Below, one piece after another: positions 44,958 to 59,687 of a stretch of 64,000 nt of DNA. This DNA is from Eledone cirrhosa (lineage: Eukaryota), in contig OZ024743.1 of NCBI GenBank assembly GCA_964016885.1, positions 348,068,001-348,132,000 of the forward strand. Reading direction: 5' to 3'. The notes beneath the pieces are model-generated. The model had not been told where the DNA came from and searched no databases. It saw only the letters and a program-made list of their open reading frames with translations. The number at the start of each line of letters is the position of its first letter. The first letter of the stretch is position 1. Made by a program: the position numbers and the translations under genes.

Positions 44958-45478
44958 AATAACAGATTAAAGTTTAAGCAAAGAATCGCTGCTTTCACCC
45001 TTAACGGGATCTTCTGAAACTAACAAAGTCAATCTGTGAACGCAGAAGTGAATATTTCAAATAACGTTGCAACTGGAGGAAGACATGAAGACGATACTTT
45101 GGTTGGTGGAAACGTTCCCTGGCAAAGAACGGGAAAAAAACGTCTTTGCGTGTAATTGTTTTTCACCGCTTCAAATAATGACATAATATATTCGTTTTTT
45201 CCTGTTCTTTGCCAGCGAACGTTTCCACGAACCAAAGTATCGTCTTCCTGTCTTCCTCCGGTTGCAAAGTTTTTTGAAATATTCACTTCTGCGTTCACAG
45301 AGTGACTTTGTTAGTTTCAGAAGATCCCGTTAAGGGTGAAAGCAGCGATTCTTTGCTTAAACTTTAATCTGTTATTTGTATAAATATTTGCTCTACGGTT
45401 CTTATATATTTGACATATATTTATCCTTATCGAGCCCTCTTTGGATTTTAGTCTTCAAATTTATTATTATTACTATAT
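44958..45478. mobile_element. Foldback solo pLTR pair (CAGAAGA-HHR family); HHRs at 44971-45021 (-) and 45313-45363 (+)
   Basis: Arms ~44958-45138 / 45195-45376 are inverted; homologous to 32053-32380. Confidence 0.85.
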
Positions 45479-45684
45479 TATATATATGGACTTTCCAGTT
45501 TCATTTCACATTATATACATGTTTGAGTATATTTTAACTATTTAAACATTTATTTTTAAGTGACCATGATTTTTTAAAATATTTTGAAGTGAACATGACC
45601 CACCCACGGGTGGTCTAGTACATATATATAAATGCATTACACGCACACACACGCACACATGCACACACACACATACCCAGCCAC

Positions 45685-45718
<34 letters not shown>

Positions 45719-46299
45719 GTATATATATATATATAGCCACAAGAATTTCTGAATTCTTGAAGTGTGTAAGAAACATTTTTGTAAGATAGAAAAGAATAAC
45801 ATAAATGTGTGAATTATATATTTCATCAAATGGACACACCATGCCCGAATAGCTAACGAATTTGCTTTACAAATATTAGGTCCCAGGTAGGTTCAATCAA
45901 ACTAACACTCGCCAAAATCTATTTTAAGTCTTCACATTAAAGTGTTTCATATTTATAGGGAAAACTCTGTTTAGTGGGAATCAACATATGTCGATTGCGT
46001 CTTGAATTCATTCTACATAATAGTAACCTATGCAAAAATACAATATACATATGTACTTAGAGGTTACAGCATTTGGTGCTTTTGGGATTCTATGTCAAAA
46101 CACTGAAAACTATTTACTTCAACAAATGTTGATTGTAGCTAGGTTCCTCTACGACACCACTAAATAAACCACCACAATAATAGAATAAACCACCACAATC
46201 ACCACCATTACCATTTCAATACCGCCCAAACAGTTAACATTGCCAAAACACCAACCATCATCACAAGAGCTATTATGTGTTCTCTATCATTATGTCGAA

Positions 46300-48225
46300 C
46301 TCGGGGAGACAATTTCACTTGCCGTAAAATTACTGGATAGAAGATACAGAAAGTGTAGGGAAAAGTAAATATTCCTAATAAAACGAAAAGAAAACACACC
46401 CGTACTTCAATCGAGAAATTGTATAAGGAGTATCATGGAGTGAAAAAAGAAAAATCAAAGATGACACACAAATCAATTGCAAAGCGTGAGATTTGGAATA
46501 GTAATCTCGAGGAAATTCTTGATTTTGCAAGCCAGTACGTTCTCGACCAAAAAGATGCAACATCTGAAAAATATAGCTTTCCTTGATACACAGGGAGGAG
46601 ATCGGATGTCTTAATTCATGGCTGCTTTGATGCGGAACATGTGCTAATCATTCAGAAGGAAATGATTCACGAGGTTAAAATAAAAGAAAAAGATTAAGCA
46701 GGATGGAGAAGTCAAGAAGATGTCTAAGAATGTAGCTCTTGAAAATTCAATATCCTGCTCAGCTACTATTGGTGATGATGATGAAATCTTTAAGATAGCA
46801 CCGCCCCGAATATCACCCCTCACTCTCGACGCCACTCTTGTTGTCATGTTAGTGTAGGAGAAACCATAGGTATGATAAGCAAATACTTCTTAGATCGCAT
46901 TTGTGAAGAATCATGGTTATGATGTGACTGAATTCTCGAGTTTCCCCACACCTGTTTAACTCTCAGAAACCAGTCACCGTGAGATGACGGCTCAGGAAAT
47001 CGAATTATCGGCTTTCCCACCTGATGTGTGATCCTAGCTAGTCCTCCACTGGGTTGGAAAATTATTAGAATCGGTTTCCCGATCCAGCACACTCGAAGAT
47101 TGCAGTTTTAGTTATAGGAAAAGGAAAGGAGGAGCTCTTTCATGCTTCGATTGCAAGAGATGAAACCGGACAATATAACGCTGAAATCATGTTGAAGGAA
47201 ATAAAACGACTTACAATTGAGGGTAGAATAAGTGATACCACTGCCCGTAACACAGGTATGCACTAAGGAGCCGATACGAAAATTGAAGCAACTCTGAAAA
47301 AATCCAAATGTGCCTTGCTTGCCACCATTTCATTCTTCAAGTGGTTTAGAATAATGTCCTTGAGATGCTTTACTCATCATCTGTTCCCGGTCTGCCACTT
47401 CAAAAGTTCCAGGAACATTGGGTCCCCATAGATAAATCTCATGATCAAACTATCCTGGATGATGATCAGCCCATGGAAGATTTTCAAAGCAAAAGATAAA
47501 GGATATGGTTGGATATCTCATGACTGTACTGTTTTCTGCAGTTTATCTTCGAGAAGATTATGCCAAGATCATAAATCTCTCCCTTCTATATTTTGGTGGT
47601 TGACGATCTGTCCAGTTATCCTCGGTCAAAGGAGCTTACCACGATGCACGCTGGATAGCCAAAACTATATATTTGATCAAGATCGATATGTTAAAAGAAC
47701 AACCTAATTTTACATCACATGAGTCGAGAGATCTAGAATAATTCGTTTACGGTTATACATATTATTCATAAATGTGTTTCCCTCTTTTTACTCCCGAATT
47801 ATTGAGTATTTAGAACCTCTTTGCTCTGCTTATTTTAATTTCATTTGTCTGCTTATTTTTATTTCAACATGTCACCCAGAGGGCAAAGGTGCCTCTCTTT
47901 GGCAATAAATATCATCCATAAAAGGTGTCTCTATCGAACCCAAATTATATTGTGTATTTAGAACATATTCTTCATACTTATTTTTATTTCATTTCGTTCT
48001 TTCGGGTGGTTTCCTCATTGAAATCAGTAAAGTGAACAGAGAAGACAATATACTACAGAGAAGATCTAAAATATAGTCAGGAATAAAAACATGTGAAAGT
48101 GGGCAATCTCTATGTTTTATTTGATTAACATATAATTCGACATACTTCGTTATTTCATCAACTCGAACATTGACGTGGCCAACCTGATATGATTCGCAAA
48201 TAGTTCATAAAATGGAACACCCTAC
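46300..48225 (+). mobile_element. Heavily decayed DNA transposon remnant, possibly hATm-like
   Basis: Residual peptides DTTARNTG (~47234) and GAYHDARWIAKTIY (~47631); caccctA at ~48218 resembles a TAGGGTG-type TIR. The left end was not found. Confidence 0.45.
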
Positions 48226-48439
48226 TGTATATTTCTTTGGAATGCTAAAAGATATTGCGTATCAATTTCACGAGCACGCTGTTACTATGTTGTTACAACT
48301 AGAACATTCATCGACGAATCCGAAGAAGGCTGATCAAAATTCAAATCAATTTATTGTTAAACGGTCATTCTACGTAAAATGTTGTTGTTGATATTGGATC
48401 TTTTTATCACATTATGTGACTTATTCTTCTCTTATTAAT

Positions 48440-48790
48440 GGGGATGCAGTGTGGTCAAAGCGATGAGAAGTTCATTTCATAATCGTTTGGTCCCGGGTGT
48501 GATTACAATGCGTAGCATCCTGGGAAGGTGTGATTTATCATAGTCCGGTATCGTCGTATAATATGTAGGTGAAATTCGGTAGGCGGAAACTCTTCGGAAG
48601 GGGATTGGATGGATAGTTCCTGTGATTTAAATGACCAAGCCTGTCATACTCTGTGACGCGAATCCCTATATTGATCACGTTAAAGGTAAAAGTGTCCTTG
48701 TAATGCTCAGTCACTTACCCAGTAATTTCTGAAGCATGATCTCCCGTTGACGAAAACCTTGAAAACTCAAAATCGAAACCTACGGAGATG
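48440..48790 (+). mobile_element. Degenerate tRNA-derived SINE
   Basis: gtggtcaaagcgatgagaag...ggtcccgggtgtgatt...cctgggaaggtgtg resembles a tRNA head plus core. Confidence 0.4.
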
Positions 48791-49319
48791 AGTTCCATTC
48801 CTTTATAGATATGTGAATAACATCTTCATCGATGAATACGCAATATTCAACTTTTTACGGTGCTAATAATACATAATTTTCTTTCGTTGTAAAGATGACC
48901 TAACCTTGAAATATAATGAAATGTATGGAAAGAATGGAGCTTGGTTGGTTTCGACGATGAAAGTGTCAGTTTTTACATCAACGGAACAGCCTTCTCATGA
49001 TATTAACGTATAAGTGGCTGAGGATCTCACACACACCTCTTCACAACATAGTTGTCAGATAGAATCAGCGTGACACAGCGTATGCCATTATACATGCCCT
49101 CTAATAGGACACAAAAAGGTCGGAAAATATATTAAAGGAGTTTATAATTTTCCTTTTCAATTTACAGGAATATTCTTCTTTGTTGGCATGTTTACTTGGT
49201 TACATATTAAAAATGTGCATATTTATATAATACTTATAAATGCAGTGTCATTTACCCACTCAGATTATATACAGATATACATTCATGGAACTCAACGTTT
49301 GCTAGCGCGATATTTTTTA

Positions 49320-49395
49320 CTTTCAAAAGATCAAAAGATCCCGTTTAGGGTGAAAGCAGCGATTCTTTGCTTAAACTTTAAACTGTTATTTTAAT
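49320..49395 (+). mobile_element. Short pLTR fragment of the CAGAAGA-HHR family
   Basis: aagatcccgtttagggtgaaagcagcgattctttgcttaaacttt. Confidence 0.7.
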
Positions 49396-49405
49396 AAATA
49401 AATAA

Positions 49406-49482
<77 letters not shown>

Positions 49483-49487
<5 letters not shown>

Positions 49488-50122
49488 ATACTTGGGGAGG
49501 ATCATATTTGTGTAATATTGCCAGAATTAATAACAGAACACACTCACTGTTTGGTTGGTTTTCGCTTTTCCCTTCTGTGTCTTTTATATCGGTAATCTAA
49601 TTTATTCACTCCTCAATGTTGCCATTGACTGACCAACGGTCAAAAATAATACAGATACAATATAGACACAAACACATATATATAGTTTATCAAAGTTCTT
49701 TCGTTGCACATCTGCAACACCGTCAGTGGTGCTATTGTTTCCTCCCGCTGCATTGTATTTTCTACGCCATCTTTATTTAGTCTGTTTATATATTTATTTA
49801 TTAGTTTATTTTATTTTGTCTTCTTTGCGCATGCGTTTGCGTGTGTGTATAGTGTTTTGTTTGATGTGTGTTCGTGATTGGGTGACTGTATATTGGTTAA
49901 TGTATTCTATCTTTACGAGTGTGTGTTTATATGTGTTTGTTGTTATTGTGCTTTGTATGTATTTATTTATTTATTTATTTATCTATTTATTTATTTATAC
50001 TTCTCTTAGGTCAGTGTTGTTTGTTTGGGTATTGTTGTTATTCCATTCATTCTTTCTGTTTAGCCTTGGCCTTCGACACACGATTTGTTTCGACACACGA
50101 TTTCATATCAAAAACCTCGCAA

Positions 50123-50125
<3 letters not shown>
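49483..50125 (-). mobile_element. Solo pLTR related to the 54676 element, with degenerate HHR at 49689-49730
   Basis: Terminus ttgttatacttgggg resembles 54676. Minus: CTGACGG t gttgca-gatg-tgcaac GAAA gaac TT tgat. Confidence 0.55.
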
Positions 50126-50159
<34 letters not shown>

Positions 50160-50183
50160 CATATGTATATATATATATATATA

Positions 50184-52391
50184 CAGTGGCGTACCTAGGG
50201 TTTGGCAGCAGCGCATATGCCACGGGTGCCATATTTAGGGGGGGGGCGCAAATTCGACCTAGAACGATTTACATCCATGTCGTTTTTATCATTTTTTTAA
50301 AATATAAGCCAAAAATGAAGCATGTGATATCTTGATAGCCGACTTCCACGCCATGTCTAGAGCACTGGACAGAGCAGATGTCTGATTTAACTTCAGATGT
50401 CTGATTTGACAGCAGGGTGGGTTGCAATTATACGGGCGCTATTTTTAGCTATACATTGCAAAACAGCGGATACCTCACTTGACCCCCCCCCCCACCCCCC
50501 ACACACACACTAACTGAAGGGACGTAGTTTTGGACGTGCAACTGGTGGATGCGCAGGCGCTATTTTTAGCAATGCATTGCAATGACCAATACAAGATAAT
50601 TATAATTATGAAGCTAGTTTACAAAACAGAGTAGTTTGTTTTTTACAACTGGTACATAAGACGTATAGAAAAGGTATCATAATCCAAATGGCCAGATAGG
50701 ATCGGATAGCTTCTATTAGGAATTCAATTTGACTCCAGTTTAGATGGTTCAATGTTTTCTTCTATAATACAGTTCGTCAGAATTTACTAAATCGTATCCA
50801 AAAGGCAAGATACTATGGTCTGCTGATTGATTCGACCCCTGACCAGGCGCACCGAGAACAACTGTCAAATGTTGTGCGATATGTCGATGTTGATTTCAAT
50901 ATGAAGACGGTCGTTGTGAGGGAATCTTTTCTTGGATTCATTCAAGTAATAAAAAAAGATGCCGCAAGCCTTGTTGAAACAATCGTGAAAGTGCTAGAAA
51001 AAGAAGACCTACCACTGCAGAGGTGTCGATCGCAGTGCTACGATAATGCTGCCATAATGGCTGGGCACCGCAGTGGGGTTCAGCAGAGAATGAGAGAGAG
51101 TAATAATTTGAATCACTTCGTTAATTGCGATAACCATTCACTTCATCTGGCTGGTCTTCATGCAGCCAAAAACGATTCTGCTATGATGAACTTTTTCAGT
51201 TGCATTGATTCGTTATACAACTTTTTTTCTCGTTCAACACGACGATGGGAAGCCCTTAAAGAAGTTGCTCCAGTGGTTGTTAAATATCCTTCCGACACGC
51301 GGTGGTGTTCTAGATGTACCGCAGTCAGACCGGTGAGAATTATTCGACGCTGATTGTTCAATTTCTCGAAAAAATTAGTGATGATGAAACAGAAACATGC
51401 GAGAGTAGAAGTGATGCCAGTAATCTCCATAATCGGATACTGAGTTATGCATTCCTGAACTTGATTGGATTCTGGAACACGATTCTCTCACGAATTGACC
51501 GGGTTCAAAAGAGACTTCAAGATCCAAGAATGAATGTTCACGGTGCTGTAGCTGATATAGGAGCCCTTCAACTTTATTTTAAAGAAGGAACATCCTTAAT
51601 CCACAAATCTCTTGAAATGGGCTTCGACCTCTGCCAGAAATGGAATGTCGATTTCCCGAATACCGAAATTACTGAGGACGTCGAGGTGGCTGCCAGAAAA
51701 GAGATAGAGTGAGCAATGCAAAGTTCACTCAATCGTCTTCAAACAGAAATGGAAGAACGGTTTATTCGACTTAAGGAAACCGACTCAAGTTTTGGCTTTC
51801 TTCTTGATGTCAACTATCTGTTTTATTTAGCTGCTCCTGATAACCTTGTCCTTAAATAAAGGTGCAACAGTCTTGCGGAACTACACAACTCCGACATCGA
51901 CGGAGAGCAATTGTATGAGGAAATCTTGGACTGCCGATCTTTGGTGGCTACTAGGATAGCTGACCCAATTTGAAAGCCGGAGGCACTTCTCCAATTCATC
52001 ATACGATACGGTGATGAATGTGTTTTTCTCAATTTGCGAATCAGCATTCAAATAATGTCGACGATTTCTATTTCAATTGCCAGTTACGAGAGGTCGTTCA
52101 GCAAGTTGAAGCTAATACATTCGTATTTGCGAACCTCAATGGGCCAATAATGGTTAACTGACCTCGCCCTTTTGAGTGTAGAATCGAAGAGTTTGAACGA
52201 ACTGATTTCGAGGAAATTATCAACCAGTTTGCCTCATTAAAAGCTCGAAAAATCAAGTTGTAACCGTTTTTTGTATTTTTATTATAAATTCTACCGCAAT
52301 TTCGTCTTTGTGGATGTTCACTTTTTGATGTGCGTGTGGGTGTGTGTGAGTGTGCTTGCCCTGGGCGCCGTTTACCCTAGCTACGCCACTG
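50184..52391 (+). mobile_element. hAT DNA transposon, decayed, with TIRs and 8-bp TATATATA target duplication
   Basis: TIRs cagtggcgtacctaggg / ccctagctacgccactg; DSTPD, QCYDNAAIMAG, CDNHSLHL, SDTRW, ERSFSKLKLI motifs with stops and frameshifts. Confidence 0.92.
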
Positions 52392-52639
52392 TATATATAT
52401 ACTTGGGGGTGGGACGTACACTCACACATATGTATATATAAAAGTATATATGTTATAGCTTTTTTTGTCTCAGGTATGATTGACTGAAACTTACACATGA
52501 CGGGTAAAAATATATACATCTCCCTCTCCGTTTCCCTTGTACTTTCTTGCTCCCTCCTCTCTCTCTCTCACTCTCCCTCATACATATGTATATATATATA
52601 TATGTAGTAGAATATATAAAAGCATATTTAAAATGATTA

Positions 52640-52945
52640 TATATATACATGCACAAACTAAGCACACAACACACACAACAACAAGATCCCCAGTTACTGA
52701 AGAGGTCACAGAATGTGTGACGAAAGAATTTTGACAATATATAAACAATCATCTGGTTGTGGAACCAACCAACCAACCGGAAATTTATAAATTCCTAAAT
52801 TTATAAATTTATTATAATAAATTGAAGTGAAAACTACTGATGCGTGTGTTTCTTATTGGCAACATTACCCTCCCAAAGTATAACACTATCGGTTTCAACA
52901 CACGTTTTCAGATAAAGAATCTTGCTAAACAAATTCAGAAACGAA
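52640..52945 (+). mobile_element. Solo pLTR with hammerhead at 52693-52735
   Basis: Matches ~57780-58043; gtta CTGAAGA g gtcaca-gaatg-tgtgac GAAA gaat TT tgac. Confidence 0.75.
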
Positions 52946-53414
52946 ATATATATATATATATACATAAGTATGTATATATAAATGTATGCATGTGTGTGTT
53001 ATTTTTGTTTATTTCATTCCTTGCCTAGTTTATTTCCTTTATATTGTATCTGCTGAGACGAAAATAATTTTCTGGTTTTCTTTTTAGTACAACCATTGGT
53101 TCGTAATTAAAATTCAAACTGACATTTATTGTTGGACTACCAACTTTTCAAAATCGATCAATGATGACAGATGCTCAAGGCAGCTGATCAGTTCTTTGAC
53201 TACACAGAATACTCGAAAATTGAGTAGTTTATAGAAGAAAAAAATATATATCTGCATATCAATGTGTACAAATTTAATTATATATTTGCATGTATGTATG
53301 TTTTTATGCGACATTTACTTCATATGCATATACATATTCATACTGATAACACTTACCCACATAGCCATGCCAACGCAATTGACTATAATTATATTTACTC
53401 AATATATATACATT

Positions 53415-53495
<81 letters not shown>

Positions 53496-53508
53496 TATAC
53501 ACACACAT

Positions 53509-53545
<37 letters not shown>

Positions 53546-53630
53546 CATATATATGTATATGTGTGTGTGTATGTGTGTGTCTGAAGGCGGTTGGTTTAGT
53601 GGTTAGAGCCTCGGGCTTGCACACGCACAA

Positions 53631-53687
<57 letters not shown>

Positions 53688-53845
53688 TATGGTATGCATG
53701 GGCGTCTTCTAATCTTCCACAAACAATCTTCCCAGGACATGTGCCTTGGAGGGGGGAACTTTCTACGTACACATCCCATGGTCATTTGTTACAGTCTTTA
53801 CTCTATATATTATATATATATATATATTTGTTACAGTCTTTACTC

Positions 53846-53895
<50 letters not shown>

Positions 53896-54150
53896 TATGA
53901 ATAAAGAGTTCAAAACTCAGGCAGTCGTTTACAATGAAATAGCTCAAAGAAAGAAGTATTTCTGAGCCGTGCAATACAAGTTAATATATTTGCCAATATG
54001 GTTTGTTTTTATTGATTTATTATTTTAAATCGAGACAGGCAAACTGTATTATTATAATTAGTATTTTTCAATCTAGCTAACTTAGTCATTTACAATACAA
54101 ACACTGATATGTTGCTATCTTGTTTATCATATATATTAATTTATATTAAC

Positions 54151-54190
<40 letters not shown>

Positions 54191-54289
54191 GTCTAATGGT
54201 AGCTAAAATTCTTCCATGGGCGGTATGCCGGTTGAGCACTCTATACTCCTACGGAGCAGAGTATTATAGAATGGAAAACGAAAAATCTG

Positions 54290-54518
54290 TGATACATCGG
54301 AATTTATTGTGTGTTACAATTGTTTCCCCGGCGAAGAACTCGAGGTGCGATCCATGTGTGGATCTATCTGACTCTAGTCTCGCAGGTTCCTCAGACACGT
54401 CTATTGATTTAGGATCCGAAATCCGAAATCAATAGTCAGGTAGATCCACACATGGATCGCACCTGGAGGTGTTCGCCGGGGACACACTTGTAACACAATA
54501 ATTTGAGTTCCGATGCAT
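54290..54518. repeat. Imperfect nested inverted repeat (foldback)
   Basis: Arms ~54296-54373 / 54435-54514, plus an inner hairpin ctattgatttaggat / atccgaaatcaatag. Confidence 0.8.
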
Positions 54519-54542
54519 CATTGATTTTTTGTTTTCCATTCG

Positions 54543-54584
<42 letters not shown>

Positions 54585-54596
54585 CTATATATATAT

Positions 54597-54675
<79 letters not shown>

Positions 54676-54680
<5 letters not shown>

Positions 54681-57600
54681 ATACTCTGGGAGGGTCATGT
54701 TGCCAATAAGAAACACACGCACCAGTTGCTTCCACTTCAATTTATTATAATACATTTATAAATTTCAGGTTGGTTGCTGGGTTCCACAACCAGATGGTTG
54801 TTTATATATTGTCAAAGTTCATTCGTCACACATTATGTGACCTCTTCAGTGACTGGGGATTCTTTTCTTTGTTTTTGTGCCTCTCCTTTGTTCTTTCCTA
54901 CGCCATCTTTTTTCTGTGTCTGTATTATGTGCTCAGTCTGCGCATGCGCCACATCCGGGTGTCTGTGTGTGTTTATATTCGTTTATTTATTTCTTTATTT
55001 ACATGTTACAGGTTGGTTGTTTGTTCTATGTGCGTGTGTGTTTTCATTTTGTCCTTAATTGTAAGTTGTGATGTTGCTGTTCCACTCATGTTTTCTATTT
55101 AATTTTGGTTCTAATTCTTTTATGTTTATTGCCTCTGTGATTTCTCTAAACATTGCGTCTTTTCTGTGTGTAGATTCTATTTTTATTTCTATGTTCTCTA
55201 ATTTACCCTTATGTTCTATTTTAACATGTTGGTAGAGTACAGATGATTCTTTACTATCTTGAAGGTCTCGCCAGTGTTCATTTATCCGTTCCCCTACACT
55301 ACGAGCTGTCTCACCTATGTACACTATATTTTTGTCTTTACATTGTCCTTCAGTAAATCTTATGCTATATACTACATTTCTAGTTTTACAGTTAATATGG
55401 GGGGCTTAATTTCCAGGTTATACATTTCTTATCTATACAGGCGAGTCTTTGAAAACGGTATGTCTTGCTGATAAGTGTTTTTATGGAGGTACCTGGTCTT
55501 TCTACTATCTTAATATTGAGTTTATGTTTATCTAGGGCCCTTCTAAATGTGTAAGCTAATTCACCTCTCGGGTTTGTATCGATGAACATTACACTCTGGT
55601 ATTTATTGCTATCATACCATGAGTTTATTCTATAAGCCTTATTCCTAGTTCTTTCTATTCTATTCCAAAATTAGCTCCTATAAAAGGGGCAGGTCCCATC
55701 TTTGTCATTATTTACCATTTTTTCGCATTTGGTTCTGGCTCCTCTATACACTCTGACTTTTTGTCTCTGATTGTAACCAGAGAACTGCATACGGTGGATG
55801 AAGTGTTGTATGTGTCTCTCTAGTTCTTCGAAGTTGCACATGCGGTACACGTTTCTCATCACCCGTAACAAATCCGCAATCAGTATGTTGATTTTGGTAT
55901 GGTCCGAAACAGCTGAGTTTCGGTGGATCAGATATTTGGAAGTCATGGGTTTGGCATAATGGGAATGGAGGATTCGTTTTTTGTTATTAATTGTATCTAA
56001 CCAGAGCTCTGTGTATAGTACAGGTAATCGATGGTTGGGGTGTTTGCTTGGGTAGTCTATAGTAACTCTAATACTCTGGTGGATGAAATTAGCTATTTGC
56101 TGGATGCTTTCCATTGTGTTTTTCTCTAATTCCTGACTGTTCTCTAGTGGGGGTATTTTAACTACGATGTTTATATCATCAACGTAGCGGGAGTACATTA
56201 TCAGGGTTAAGGGGGCTTCTAATTGTTCTTTAAGTTTAAGTTTAAGTCTACTGTCCCACCATACCATGAATAAGTTAGCTATGTCGCCTGCAATGCTAAC
56301 ACCAATGGCTGCTCCCTCCTTTGGGCATATGTTTTTACATTAAATTTGAACATATGTTCCTTAAGGGTTAATTTTATGCTGGCCCCACCGCATGTGCAAT
56401 CATTTTCTCTAGTTCATCGTAGTTTTCGGGGGTCCGTATGGCTCTGGTCCACCCGTTCCATCTATCTGTATGGGTTTTCTTGGCCATTGAGTGCTAAGGT
56501 CATATGTGTCTAGATAATGATTACTATAGGTAAGTTTAAGTAGGAGTCCCAGCTCACTGGTATCAATCCCACGGAACTCAACATTGCTCTCACTGATCAT
56601 TTCTACGCATTTCTCCCCAGCAAAATCCACGTCAATAGATGGATACAGGGACACAACATCCATACTACCTATTATGCAGTTTGTTAGGTCCCTAGATCGG
56701 TTACTCTCGCCGATTCTGCTGAGGAGGTCCTCCGTGCTGTCACATACATCTGGGGACATTTCAATGATGGGTCGTATGATCAGGGAGAGGAAGTGGGACA
56801 ATCTGTAGTTACTAGCAATGTTAGCTCCACTGACTGGCCGTGTTGGTGGTCCCGTGACAGGGCCACTGCCCGTTTTATGGTATTTTCGAAGCTCATACAA
56901 CACTGGCACGTCATTGTTCCAGGCCTTTTGTTGGGCTGCATTATATATGTCCACATCACCATATGGGCATTGAGGGCTTTTTCTCTATCCTCATGCTCTT
57001 GTGGTGTTACTTCTCTTGTGTTAGTGATGTGGGGTTGCATTGCCTGGATGTAGTTTTGACAGACTGTCAACCGATATTCTGCCAGACTTGTCTGTTGGAA
57101 AGCATGATATCTTTCCATTACGCGAGCGTTGCATGAGCTTACGCAAGCCATTTTGCAGATTTTTCTCCCAGTTGCTGGGCCTCCATTCTATTATGCTTCT
57201 TGCTATACTGTTCTATAATATTGCTAAGTTTAGATCTAGCTATACTAAATTGTGCTTCTGTTTGTTCATCGATCTGCGACGGCAATTGCGTGCATTTGTT
57301 AAAAGCTAAAGTCGTGGCGTGGACTCGTCGCAGGTCAAACGACTTATCGGAGGGATTATAAAAAGTAGAGATCCAGGCTGCTGCTTTATGATAGTAAAGA
57401 ATCATCTGTACTCTACCAACATGCTAAAATAGAACATAAGGGTAAATTAGAGAACATAAAAATAAAAATAGAATCTACACACAGAAAAGACGCAATGTTT
57501 AGACAAATCACAGAGGCAATAAACATACAAGAATTAGAACCAAAATTAAATAGAAAACATGAGTGGAACAGCAACATCACAACTTACAATTAAGGACAAA

Positions 57601-58040
57601 ATGAAAACACACATAGAACAAACAACCAACCTGTAACATGTAAATAAAGAAATAAATAAACGAATATAAACACACACAGACACCCGGATGTGGCGCATGC
57701 GCAGACTGAGCACACGACACACACACAGAAACAAGATGGCGTAGGACAGAACAAAGGAGAGGCACAAAAACAAAGAAAAGAATCCCCAGTCACTGAAGAG
57801 GTCACAGAATGTGTGACGAATGAACTTTGACAATATATAAACAACCATCTGGTTGTGGAACCAACCAACCAACCGGAAATTTATAAATTCCTAAATTTAT
57901 ATATTTATTATAATAAAATTGATGTTGAATAACGTCTGGTGCGTGTGTTTCTTATTGGCAACATGACCCTCCCAAAATATAACAATATCGGTTTCAACAC
58001 ACGTTTTCAGATAAAGAATCTTGCTGAACAAATTCAGAAA

Positions 58041-58043
<3 letters not shown>
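54676..58043 (-). mobile_element. Penelope-like element, probably Naiad-like (RT + GIY-YIG), decayed, with ~580-bp inverted terminal repeat
   Basis: GSMDVVSLYPSID, GAAIG, MVWWD, RYVDD, DYPS, MQFSGY, YIGETARSVGERINEH. 54676-55250 is inverted at 57400-57985. HHR motifs at 54811-54853 (-) and 57789-57831 (+), both with GAAT for GAAA. Confidence 0.88.
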
Positions 58044-58077
<34 letters not shown>

Positions 58078-58399
58078 TTGAGAAATAGGCACCACTGAGG
58101 AATCTACCGACCGATCATTCTCATGCCTGTAGAGTGCGATAACCTCAATGCAAAAGATCCGCTGGTCATTAATTTTAAGAATTGTAGCGAGAAGTGAAAA
58201 TAAAAGACGATGACTTAAGAAACATTGGGAATATATGAAATTTAAAATGTATATGTTACAACTGAAATGACTAAAATATTGATAGAGTTAAGTGTCACCA
58301 GAGATGGAGAAAAGTAGACAGGCATTTCTTGCAGTTGACACTTTCAACAATTTTTCCGGCAATAGTGGTACTGTACTCAATTTTGTATGGTGAGCAAAT

Positions 58400-59150
58400 G
58401 GGTCCCACGTGCTGGCCTCCCTAGAGCCACGGGGACAGGATGTAGAAAGCGTTTCCCCGGAGGTTGGTAAGAGAGATGCGCTGGAAGAGCCATTTCAACT
58501 CACAAGGGTCTCACCTGTGGCTGGTTAGCTCAGCGCCTGTGGTGGTGAATAGGAGGTAGCCCTAAGGCCAAGGACACAAGAAGTCTCCACTGCCAAGGGC
58601 ACCACCGCCAACCTGTCGCAGAGCGACCGGTACTTGGAGCGTTTGGCCTCCTCGGCCCGATGTGCATCAGTACCTGGGTTAATTGCAGACTGCACCAGGT
58701 TGAGGCTGGATAAAGTGTCGCAGCATCCAACCCATCATTAAAGACATGAAGTGGAAGACGGCCGGCACTGTGGCGACAGGAAACGGGTGGAGTCCGAAAG
58801 ATTCCACGGTGGATCCACAGCGACATTTATCTGGCTCGCAGATCCGGAGTCCAATCCTCAAGGAAACGCCGATGCGCAGGCAATCGTTATCCAGCTGCGT
58901 GCCAGTGGAGAAGGAAGGTAAGACTTGGAGCCAGTCACCACTGAGCGGTTTGGAGGCCGCGCGAAAACAGGCAAGGTGGTGCTGGTCGAGCTGGCAAGTG
59001 AGTCTGTCTGAGGCCAGGCTGCACTGGATGACATCCCATACGCTTTGGGGGAATTGACATCAGCAGGAGGAGAAGGAGGAGGGACGTCTACCGGGCTAAG
59101 TCCCAATTTGTCCCACGTCTCACAGGCGACCTCACGTTCCCTGAACACAG
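58400..59150 (-). mobile_element. CRE-like (RLE) non-LTR retrotransposon 3' fragment
   Basis: SGDWLQVLP, RIGLRICEPDKCRCG...GLH and terminal WLFQRISLTNLRGNAFYIL, typical of CRE-clade C-termini. Confidence 0.65.
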
Positions 59151-59199
59151 AGGGTTCTATTGTGTTATTTATATTTATAGTGTTCAATTATTATTATTA

Positions 59200-59392
59200 G
59201 TTACGACCCTTGACGGTCTGAGTCCAAATCCCGTTAAGGTTGCCTTTCAACCTTACGGGTTCGATGAAATAATGCACCAGTATTGTCGATTTAATCGATT
59301 TTCCCCTCTCCTACATTGTTTGGTCTTGTGCATTAATCGATTTCCCCCTCTCCTACCTTTGTGGTCTTGTGCATATATCAGAAACCATTACA
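59200..59392 (+). mobile_element. Truncated SINE with internal ~40-bp duplication
   Basis: ctgagtccaaatccc...gcctttcaaccttacgggttcgatgaaataa; ttaatcgattttcccc... x2. Confidence 0.6.
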
Positions 59393-59687
59393 AGGACGCA
59401 TACATTTTAAATATATCCAATTATTCTTAAGGTAAGCGTTTTGTTTACACTTCTAGCTACATGCTTAATATCGTCTATGAAGATGGATTTTCTGTTAGTT
59501 ACCGTAGCCGATGGAATCCGGAAGATGTGGAGATCGCATACTCGCATGTGCATCAGTCTACATGCACGATTTTCATAACTATTCTTTAAAGCGACCAATT
59601 ATTGCATTTTCTAATCAGGTTTCCCTGTAATATGTTAGACATTTATCAAAATAATTCTGCAAAGGTATGCGTTTGCTGTATGTACAT

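Noticed and set aside
54676-57405. Selenocysteine/SECIS as reported for some Naiad elements
   Set aside because: No in-frame TGA at a conserved Cys and no convincing SECIS noticed; the breaks seen look like frameshifts or other stops.
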